NCBI GenBank assembly: GCA_036170915.1
Contig: JAVHQC010000033.1
Span: 1 to 64,000 of the forward strand
From: Cyanobacteria bacterium auto_48_18
GTDB lineage: Bacteria; Cyanobacteriota; Vampirovibrionia; Obscuribacterales; Obscuribacteraceae
DNA: 64,000 nt
Direction: 5' to 3'
Below, piece by piece: positions 10,076-16,732 of the stretch. A program made the position numbers and the translations under genes. The stretch's first letter is position 1; every line of letters begins with the position of its first letter. A model generated the notes under the pieces. That model saw nothing but the letters and a program-made list of their open reading frames with translations. It did not search any database and had not been told where the DNA came from.

Positions 10076-10612
10076 ATGATTATGGCGGATACCCTTGCAA
10101 TTTTTCTGACAGTGGTAGGCTTTTTAATTGCCCTTCCCGGGTTGTGGTTGCTCTGTCGCGGGCTTTGGCCTGAGGCTGTTACCAGTACTACCGTGGACTG
10201 CGCTGGCGGTTTGCTTAAACCTTTCCTGGTAGGCATTCCCATTGCTGCAATTGCATTTTTTGCTGCCGCTGCTACCGGTAAAGTTTTAGGGGGGTTAATT
10301 ACCCTTCTGATAGTTTGCTTGTTTGTTTTCTACGCCAGCATTGGCATTGCCGGCCTGACGACCGCTATTGGCCAACGGTTACCGTCACCGGCTGACTGTG
10401 ACCGGCCCTGGCAGGCTACCATTCGTGGCAGTGTGGTATTAGAACTTGCCTTTTTGTTGCCGATTCTAGGCTGGTTTCTAATTTTACCGGCCGCACTAAT
10501 AATTGGTTCAGGTAGCGCGTTACGCGCGTCCATTCGTGCCTTTAAAAACAGGAAGCGAAGAGCCCGGCCTCTGGATAACCCCGACTTAGGTGTTACAGCC
10601 GGAGCGGCATAA
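10076..10612 (+). CDS. Integral membrane protein, first gene of the DUF1800/DUF1501 operon
   Basis: About 4-5 hydrophobic helices; stop overlaps the next start (TAATG). Confidence 0.75.
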   Translation: MIMADTLAIFLTVVGFLIALPGLWLLCRGLWPEAVTSTTVDCAGGLLKPFLVGIPIAAIAFFAAAATGKVLGGLITLLIVCLFVFYASIGIAGLTTAIGQRLPSPADCDRPWQATIRGSVVLELAFLLPILGWFLILPAALIIGSGSALRASIRAFKNRKRRARPLDNPDLGVTAGAA

Positions 10613-12114
10613 TGGCTCTTAACCGTCGCGACTTGCTTAAAATTGCGGCGCTGACAAGCGCTTTCCCTTTGTTTGGCTGCGAGAAAGTAACCAGCGAACT
10701 GAGCAAAAAACTTGGGCAGACAATTCCTGAAAAATTTGGCATTGCCCACGATGCGGCAGTTGATAGAGATTTTCACTTACTCTCACGGGCCACCTATGGC
10801 ATCTGGCCAGGCGACCTCGATTATTTGAAAAAATGTGGTCGTGATCAGTGGCTGCAGGAGCAGTTGAGTCCAGAGAAAATTGATGATGGTGCCTGCGAAT
10901 TGAGGGCGCGTAGATTCGAGACTCTGTGGCTAGACCCTGGCACCTGTGCCGAATTTAAAAAGCCAGTCTTGCGCGATGAGCTTGTGCGGCATATGCTACT
11001 GCGGGCTGTTTATAGCAAGCGGCAGTTGCTTGAAGTGATGGTTGGTTTTTGGACCGACCATTTGAATATTGATGTTAATAAAGGCGACGCAATTTATGCT
11101 AAAGCCTTTGATGATCGCAAAGTGATTCGCCCTAATGCCCTTGGTAATTTTAGAAATCTAATAGCTGCATCAGCAACATCTGCGGCAATGTTGATTTACT
11201 TAGATGGTAAAGAAAATCGACGCGCGTCACCGGATGCGATACCAAACGAAAATTATGCCCGCGAATTACTCGAATTGCATACCATGGGTGTCGACGGCGG
11301 TTACAAACAAAAAGATGTTTATGAAGTTGCTCGCTGCCTGACGGGCTGGCGCATTCATTCGCCATGGCAACGCGGCCAAGTCTACTTTGATAATGATCAA
11401 CACGATAACGGCACCAAGCTGGTTTTAGGTCACAGAATTGCTGCTGGCCAGGGTGAGCGTGATCTAGACAGCGTGCTTGATATAGTGTGCAAACATCCAT
11501 CAACCGCAAGACATATTGCCACTAAAATGGTGACCCATTTTGTCAGCGATAAGCCGCCACCAGAAATGGTGCAAAAAGTAGCCACAGCTTTCAGTTCGAC
11601 TGGTGGCGATATTCGTTCAATGTTGCTAGCTATTTTTTCTAGCCCTCAGTTTGACCAATATCCGGCGGCGAAAATAAAAAGGCCTTTTCATTACATTGCC
11701 AGTGCTCTTCGCAGTCTAGCTGCTGATACCTATGCTCACTCATCGCTGACTGAATACCTATCTAGAATGGGTCATGGGCCGTTTGAATTTCCTACACCGG
11801 ACGGCTATCCTGATCAGTCTTCTTATTGGGTGTCGACTTTGCTCTGGCGTTGGAACTTTGCTCTCAGTCTTTGTGCCGGTAACATTGCCGAAGTTTCTGT
11901 TTCGCTGCCGCAGTTAGCCCAGGCAATGGGTGCAGAAATGGGCCAGGGAAAGGGTTTGCATGCGGAAAAAATGTTCGCTCATTTTGTCGGCCGCAAGCCT
12001 AACGAGCATGAGCTTGAGGCTTTCCACGGTCACTTAAGTATCAAGCCAGGCGAGAGTCGTGACGCCGAGCTTGTTGGCCTGATGCTTTCATCACCTGCTT
12101 TTCAGAGGTGTTGA
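10612..12114 (+). CDS. DUF1800 family protein, Tat lipoprotein
   Basis: LNRRDLLK...LFGC; FWTDH, MLIYLD, PNENYARELLELHTMG, ARCLTGW, PTPDGY. Confidence 0.92.
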   Translation: MALNRRDLLKIAALTSAFPLFGCEKVTSELSKKLGQTIPEKFGIAHDAAVDRDFHLLSRATYGIWPGDLDYLKKCGRDQWLQEQLSPEKIDDGACELRARRFETLWLDPGTCAEFKKPVLRDELVRHMLLRAVYSKRQLLEVMVGFWTDHLNIDVNKGDAIYAKAFDDRKVIRPNALGNFRNLIAASATSAAMLIYLDGKENRRASPDAIPNENYARELLELHTMGVDGGYKQKDVYEVARCLTGWRIHSPWQRGQVYFDNDQHDNGTKLVLGHRIAAGQGERDLDSVLDIVCKHPSTARHIATKMVTHFVSDKPPPEMVQKVATAFSSTGGDIRSMLLAIFSSPQFDQYPAAKIKRPFHYIASALRSLAADTYAHSSLTEYLSRMGHGPFEFPTPDGYPDQSSYWVSTLLWRWNFALSLCAGNIAEVSVSLPQLAQAMGAEMGQGKGLHAEKMFAHFVGRKPNEHELEAFHGHLSIKPGESRDAELVGLMLSSPAFQRC

Positions 12115-12115
12115 C

Positions 12116-13372
12116 GTGGAACCTCGAAATCAGTCTGCATTTCAGTCACAATCACATAGTCAGTCACGCAGATCGTTTTTGCGCAGGCTCGCCTTTGCCG
12201 ATGATGCAACAGCAACTGGTGCTAATCGATCGTTAGTTTGCATTTTCTTACGTGGTGGTGCCGACACACTCAATATGCTGGTGCCTTACGGTATGGACGA
12301 ATACTATAAGTTGCGACCAACTATTGCTATTAAGGCTCCGGGCAAATCGTCTGAATCTGCCATTAAGCTCAATGACCTTTATGGTTTCCACCCTAAAATG
12401 GCACCACTCTTGCCAATTTTTGCCGACGGGCGGTTGGGAATGGTTCAGGGGGTCGGCTCTGATAACGAATCAGGCTCGCACTTCAGCGCCCAGGATCAAA
12501 TGGAACATGGTGAATCATGCAGGCACAGCTTGGGTGGTGGTTGGTTGGGAAGGCATCTGGCCAGTCGCACTCAATCAAAGCAGACGCCACTATCAGCAGT
12601 GGCAATCGGAACAGCTTTACCTGAGGTTCTACGCGGCGCACCGGCGGCTAGCGTAATTAGATCGTTAGACGACATCAAGTTAAGCGCGCCGGCCGGTGAT
12701 ACACAATTAGTAGCAGCTGCACTGGCAAAGCTTTATCAGGCTGAAACGGCTTTACTGGCTGAGCCAGGCAAGACTACCCTTGACTTGCTTAAGCGTGTGC
12801 AAAAATTGCAACAAAAGACATATAGCCCCGCCAATGGTGCGATTTATCCAGACAACACCTTTGGTCATGGGCTTAAAGAGCTGGCTCGATTACTGAAAGG
12901 CAATGTCGGGCTTGAAATAAGCTGCCTCGATTTGAACGGCTGGGACACTCATTTCTTTCAAGGTGGTGCCGCCGGCTTGCAGGCTGACAGCATTGAACAG
13001 CTGGCTCTAGGACTAGCCGCTTTTGACAAAGACCTGGGCAGCACTCGTAACCGCGTAACAACAATTGTGATCACGGAATTTGGGCGACGTACCTATGAAA
13101 ACAGCTCTCTTGGCACCGATCATGGGCGTGGCTTTACGGCCTTTGCTATAGGCGAGCGCATTGCTGGTGGTCAGATTCACGGCGCCCTGCCACTGCTCAG
13201 TAAGGGTCAAGAGGTTGACCTCTTCGGACCCGCCGGGCTGCCAATAAGTTTCGATTATCGTTCAGTTTTGAGCGAAATATTGGTACGAGCACTTGATAAT
13301 CGAAGAATCGACTGTGTATTTCCTGGATTTAATTCGCAAGAAGTGGGTCTGGTTAAGCGGTCGATCGTTTGA
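12116..13372 (+). CDS. DUF1501 family protein
   Basis: FLRGGADTLN, SHF, GGWLGR, GWDTH, TEFGR, GTDHG. Confidence 0.92.
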   Translation: MEPRNQSAFQSQSHSQSRRSFLRRLAFADDATATGANRSLVCIFLRGGADTLNMLVPYGMDEYYKLRPTIAIKAPGKSSESAIKLNDLYGFHPKMAPLLPIFADGRLGMVQGVGSDNESGSHFSAQDQMEHGESCRHSLGGGWLGRHLASRTQSKQTPLSAVAIGTALPEVLRGAPAASVIRSLDDIKLSAPAGDTQLVAAALAKLYQAETALLAEPGKTTLDLLKRVQKLQQKTYSPANGAIYPDNTFGHGLKELARLLKGNVGLEISCLDLNGWDTHFFQGGAAGLQADSIEQLALGLAAFDKDLGSTRNRVTTIVITEFGRRTYENSSLGTDHGRGFTAFAIGERIAGGQIHGALPLLSKGQEVDLFGPAGLPISFDYRSVLSEILVRALDNRRIDCVFPGFNSQEVGLVKRSIV

Positions 13373-13392
13373 CTATATGATAGCCTGAGTAA

Positions 13393-14847
13393 ATGAAAGC
13401 GACGAAACTCAAAATTTTTGGCCTCAGCTCTGTTTTAGCGCTTACCTCAACACCGGCATTTGCCTTGCCGAGAATGGGCGTTCTGTCGCTCACCGGTGAG
13501 CAGGCCGACGGTCAAGGTGACCGTACATCTCGATTTCTGAGGGCTGCCAACTCGAGTAGGGCCACTGTTACTGACGCTGAAAAACAGCGCCTAATAACTC
13601 TTTTGCTTTATTTGGGTTTGACCACCAATAAGCCACCCATCGAATCTACTCAAGACCATATTCTTATTGAGAAGATCGGGCAGCAGGTCAAAGCGAGCCA
13701 GACGGTCAAACTTTCAGACTTGAGCGAGCTTTATCATCTGCGAATGAAAGAGAAGCACTATGTTGGTGCCTTGAGCTGTCTGTCATTTATCACTTACATT
13801 CGCACTTTGAATTCGGCCGACCACGGTGTTTCTACAATCGACTCGGGCGAGATAGCTAAAACCAAGCTTCTGGCTGGTCATGAGTTGCTTGAGATGGCTA
13901 AAGCTGAGACTAAGACATTTGATGTCAACGCGCTGCCGCATCTTAAGCTGGCAAAATCGCTCTTACAGGCTTCAGGTGACGTTAAACTGATCAGTCATAT
14001 TGATAAAGACATTGCGTCTCTGCAAGAAAGTGGGCAGCGGCCTCGAGGCTACAGCGGATTTTTAATGGTGGCCGATTTAGTTGAAAGCACTATTCAGTAT
14101 AGCCCGGCATATTTTGCCAAGAATATTAAAGAGGGCGACCGCATTATTTCGGTTGATGGTGTCTCAACTTCTGGTCTTTCGTCAGAACGCATGCGCAGAT
14201 TGTTGGACGGCACAGAGTCTTCAACAGCAAAGATTGTTTTAGAGCGCAACGGCCATCGCATCACCACCACATTTAAACGTGGAACGCCTCTGCCTGACAA
14301 ATTGCCCGATGACTTAAGTGCGCGTGAGTATTTGCAGTTAGCCAGTCAGTTGCGTGAGGTTTGTCGTTTTGAGGAAGGTCGTTTAGCGCTGCAGAAGGCA
14401 CAGGCTCTAGATGGCGATGGCGAGATTGCTTCTTTAGCAAAAAAAATGTTGACTGCTAGATTTCCGAAGCAAGAACCATCGAAGCAAGCCGTCAAATTAT
14501 ACAGTGCGGGCTACTGGCTCAATCAAGACAATCGTCCTGAAGCAGAACGTATTCTCAAGCAGTGCATCGCCGCCTGGCCAGAATTTGAATTGCCTTATCG
14601 CCAACTTGCCATGGTTTATCGCAATAGTGGCCGCTTATCTGAATCGCAAAATATGCTTGAAAAACTCTTGAAACTTAACCCTGACTACGCCAGAGCCTGG
14701 TGTGATCTTTCTCAGTTGAAACAAGAGAAAACCGATTACAGTGGTGCAGTCGCCGATGCGAAGCACGCTATGGAGCTGGACCCTGATGATGCCATCATCG
14801 CCAAGTGGTGGCAGCAGCTAACTAGCGAAAAGCCCAAGAAACAGTAA
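13393..14847 (+). CDS. Exported PDZ + TPR protein
   Basis: Signal peptide ending AFA, SPAY...IKEGDRIISVDG PDZ motif, C-terminal TPRs. Confidence 0.8.
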   Translation: MKATKLKIFGLSSVLALTSTPAFALPRMGVLSLTGEQADGQGDRTSRFLRAANSSRATVTDAEKQRLITLLLYLGLTTNKPPIESTQDHILIEKIGQQVKASQTVKLSDLSELYHLRMKEKHYVGALSCLSFITYIRTLNSADHGVSTIDSGEIAKTKLLAGHELLEMAKAETKTFDVNALPHLKLAKSLLQASGDVKLISHIDKDIASLQESGQRPRGYSGFLMVADLVESTIQYSPAYFAKNIKEGDRIISVDGVSTSGLSSERMRRLLDGTESSTAKIVLERNGHRITTTFKRGTPLPDKLPDDLSAREYLQLASQLREVCRFEEGRLALQKAQALDGDGEIASLAKKMLTARFPKQEPSKQAVKLYSAGYWLNQDNRPEAERILKQCIAAWPEFELPYRQLAMVYRNSGRLSESQNMLEKLLKLNPDYARAWCDLSQLKQEKTDYSGAVADAKHAMELDPDDAIIAKWWQQLTSEKPKKQ

Positions 14848-14851
14848 TCGA

Positions 14852-15460
14852 TTATTTGCTTTGCGGCAGACTGAGTAACTTATCTGCATGCGGCATTTTG
14901 TCCCATGCCATCAGGAAATTTTCGATAGTGGTGCCGTTCTCTCTAAGAAATTTGCCGGCTTCTTGCCCCACTTTTTCACCATAAACACGGTGAGAATAAA
15001 TGATTGCCAATGCATTGCCATCAACAATGACAAATCTAGAAAAAACTACTTCAACAAATTTAGGGTCGCCCAGTATGCAAACTGCTAAGTGCTCAGCCAG
15101 TGTAGTGGCTGTTTTTGGTTTGGAATCAGTGCGAATAATTTTGCCGTGGGCTTGATAATTACTGAGCACGCGATTGGCAAAGTCAGAAAGTTTTTCGCCT
15201 GTATTTGTATTGGGCACCACGTTAATGGTAACCATGTCTTGCCATTTTTCTAAATCAGTTTGGCCTTCGGGAGTAAATTCGTTTTGATTCGCTTTTGACC
15301 AGCGGTGAAAGTACTCTTTGCCATTGAAAGTGAATTGCAATTTTGAAGACTCTGTTGCCGTGTGGGATTGGGTGTCGGTTGGTGCCGACATGGCCGGAGT
15401 TGCGGCTGAAGTGGTCAAGGCCAGGATAGAAACTAATATTAGTTTGTACATATTGATCAC
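14852..15460 (-). CDS. Exported hypothetical protein
   Basis: 202-aa ORF with signal peptide. Confidence 0.7.
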   Translation of the reverse strand: MINMYKLILVSILALTTSAATPAMSAPTDTQSHTATESSKLQFTFNGKEYFHRWSKANQNEFTPEGQTDLEKWQDMVTINVVPNTNTGEKLSDFANRVLSNYQAHGKIIRTDSKPKTATTLAEHLAVCILGDPKFVEVVFSRFVIVDGNALAIIYSHRVYGEKVGQEAGKFLRENGTTIENFLMAWDKMPHADKLLSLPQSK

Positions 15461-15545
15461 CAGCAGCTATTAAGTATGGAAATGGTACCACCTATTATTG
15501 GGGTTTTTTAGGCTACGTTTGCTTGGATACTTTTTGACCTCGCTA

Positions 15546-15581
15546 AATCGCAGAGAAATTTTTGAATATTTCTCTGCGATT
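15546..15581. terminator. 14-bp inverted repeat downstream of the tRNA array; possible terminator or processing stem
   Basis: AATCGCAGAGAAAT-N8-ATTTCTCTGCGATT; U-tract is weak. Confidence 0.55.
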
Positions 15582-15651
15582 CGTCATATCGGCGATAGCA
15601 AATAATTTAGACCTCCATCCTCCGCATTGTTGTCTCTCTATTCCTAAATAA

Positions 15652-15727
15652 TGGTGCCATCGACTGGTATCGATCCAGTTTCTCGCCGTCTTCAGCGGCA
15701 CGTGTTGACCTCAATCACTACAATGGC
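15652..15727 (-). tRNA. trnF: tRNA-Phe(GAA), CCA encoded
   Basis: Acceptor GCCATTG/CGATGGC, anticodon arm TGCCG-CTGAAGA-CGGCG, T-arm ACTGG-ATCGATA-CCAGT, A73-CCA. Confidence 0.88.
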
Positions 15728-15730
15728 ATA

Positions 15731-15810
15731 CGGAGAAAGTTGGAATCGAACCAACAACCCTTTCGGGCAACTGTTTAGCAAACAGCTTCCTAACCTTTCG
15801 GATTTTCTCC
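15731..15810 (-). tRNA. trnS: tRNA-Ser(GCT), no CCA encoded
   Basis: GGAGAAA/TTTCTCC, GCTGT-TTGCTAA-ACAGT, variable arm CCC-GAAA-GGG, GTTGG-TTCGATT-CCAAC, G73. Confidence 0.88.
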
Positions 15811-15811
15811 A

Positions 15812-15886
15812 TGGCGCGAGAAGAACGAATCGAACGCTCAGTCACTGATTTGGAGTCAGTTGGTTTACCAATTAACCGATTCTCGC
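15812..15886 (-). tRNA. trnW: tRNA-Trp(CCA), CCA encoded
   Basis: GCGAGAA/TTCTCGC, ACTGA-CTCCAAA-TCAGT, GAGCG-TTCGATT-CGTTC, G73-CCA. Confidence 0.92.
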
Positions 15887-15887
15887 A

Positions 15888-15964
15888 TGGTCCGGGATCT
15901 CAGACTCGAACTGAGAAAATACCGCTTCTAAGGCGGGCGGATTTACCAATTTTCCTAATCCCGG
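15888..15964 (-). tRNA. trnL: tRNA-Leu(TAG) with short variable loop, CCA encoded
   Basis: CCGGGAT/ATCCCGG, CCCGC-CTTAGAA-GCGGT, 5-nt variable loop ATTTT, CTCAG-TTCGAGT-CTGAG, A73-CCA. Confidence 0.88.
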
Positions 15965-15965
15965 T

Positions 15966-16041
15966 TGGAGCGCACTAGCCGACTTGCACGGCTGCATTAC
16001 TGGTTTGCAATCAGCTGGATTACTGTCTTTCCTAAGTGCGC
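15966..16041 (-). tRNA. trnC: tRNA-Cys(GCA), CCA encoded
   Basis: GCGCACT/AGTGCGC, GCTGA-TTGCAAA-CCAGT, AGCCG-TGCAAGT-CGGCT, U73-CCA. Confidence 0.85.
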
Positions 16042-16044
16042 ATT

Positions 16045-16120
16045 TGGGGTGGCTAGTGGGATTCGCGCCCACGTTTTCGATATCACAAACCGACGTCCTA
16101 GACTGCTGGACGATAGCCAC
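16045..16120 (-). tRNA. trnH: tRNA-His(GTG), CCA encoded, no encoded G-1
   Basis: GTGGCTA/TAGCCAC, TCGGT-TTGTGAT-ATCGA, GTGGG-CGCGAAT-CCCAC, C73-CCA. Confidence 0.88.
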
Positions 16121-16124
16121 AATT

Positions 16125-16196
16125 CTGAGTTGCTTGGACTCGAACCAAGATTCTCGGCTTCAAAGGCCGGTGTCCTGCCAATTAGACGACGACTCA
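16125..16196 (-). tRNA. trnQ: tRNA-Gln(TTG), no CCA encoded
   Basis: TGAGTCG/CAACTCA (one mismatch), CCGGC-CTTTGAA-GCCGA, CTTGG-TTCGAGT-CCAAG, G73. Confidence 0.88.
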
Positions 16197-16203
16197 ATAA
16201 AAA

Positions 16204-16288
16204 CGGAGATGGCATGGACTCGAACCTGCAACGGATTTTACCCGCGTTCGTTTTCAAAACGAATTCCTTTCCAATTCGGATCATCTCC
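16204..16288 (-). tRNA. trnS: tRNA-Ser(TGA), no CCA encoded
   Basis: GGAGATG/CATCTCC, TTCGT-TTTGAAA-ACGAA, long variable arm, T-stem with a bulged A, G73. Confidence 0.85.
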
Positions 16289-16292
16289 AAAG

Positions 16293-16365
16293 CTGCGCTA
16301 CCTGGGCTCGAACCTGAGACCACTCGTGTAACAGACGAATGCTCTATCAACTGAGCCATAGCGCA
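16293..16365 (-). tRNA. trnN: tRNA-Asn(GTT), no CCA encoded
   Basis: TGCGCTA/TAGCGCA, GCTC/GAGC D-stem, TTCGT-CTGTTAC-ACGAG, TTCGAGC T-loop, G73. Confidence 0.9.
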
Positions 16366-16384
16366 ATAAAGCGCGCATAAAAAT

Positions 16385-16457
16385 TCGGGAATGAAGGACT
16401 CGAACCTTCCGCTTCCTGTACCCAAAACAGGCCGTCTACCCCATGGCTTAATTCCCG
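16385..16457 (-). tRNA. trnP: tRNA-Pro(TGG), no CCA encoded
   Basis: CGGGAAT/ATTCCCG, CCTGT-TTTGGGT-ACAGG, GAAGG-TTCGAGT-CCTTC, A73; weak D-stem. Confidence 0.88.
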
Positions 16458-16480
16458 AGAAAATTTTCTCGAACGAATTA
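16449..16480 (-). promoter_or_regulatory. Hairpin joining the leader stop codon to the tRNA-Pro 5' end; contains the 16-bp palindrome CGAGAAAATTTTCTCG
   Basis: Minus strand TAATTC-GT-TCGAGAA-AATT-TTCTCGG-GAATTA. Confidence 0.6.
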
Positions 16481-16624
16481 GTTACGCGGGTGTGACGGGT
16501 TGGAGGAGTTAAATACAACATTGGAAAGATCCTTGCAATTCAGTAGAGCAGTGCCATGACGCAGCGAATTCAGCCAGCTAAACTGCTGACTGTTGCTGAG
16601 GCAATGCTGTAGTGAACGGATCAT
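16478..16624 (-). CDS. Putative 48-aa leader peptide of the tRNA operon: MIRSLQHCLSNSQQFSWLNSLRHGTALLNCKDLSNVVFNSSNPSHPRN
   Basis: AAGGTG SD 9 nt before ATG; lies between the promoter and the first tRNA; below the ORF-track length cutoff; composition matches the array tRNAs. Confidence 0.7.
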   Translation of the reverse strand: MIRSLQHCLSNSQQFSWLNSLRHGTALLNCKDLSNVVFNSSNPSHPRN

Positions 16625-16660
16625 TTCTGAAAACACCTTTTGGGGCGAGGACGTTTTTTC

Positions 16661-16688
16661 AATATAGCACGTGTTTTGAAAAGTGCAA
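16661..16688 (-). promoter_or_regulatory. Sigma70-like promoter of the leader-tRNA operon
   Basis: TTGCAC-N16-TATATT with extended -10 TGn. Confidence 0.65.
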
Positions 16689-16732
16689 ACAATTCTTCTC
16701 GAATGATTGCAACGCTGGTGTAAAATGCATAC

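Noticed and set aside
15607..15627. Mini-ORF MRRMEV with GGAGG motifs just after tRNA-Phe
   Set aside because: Six codons and no substantial downstream ORF; it cannot be told from chance or a gene remnant.
16204..16288. Possible selenocysteine or suppressor tRNA (TCA visible on the plus strand)
   Set aside because: The gene is on the minus strand with anticodon TGA (Ser), a 7-bp acceptor stem and G73.
15651..16521. Five ORF-track ORFs (65-174 aa) over the tRNA array
   Set aside because: They overlap ten clear cloverleafs and show no protein motifs.
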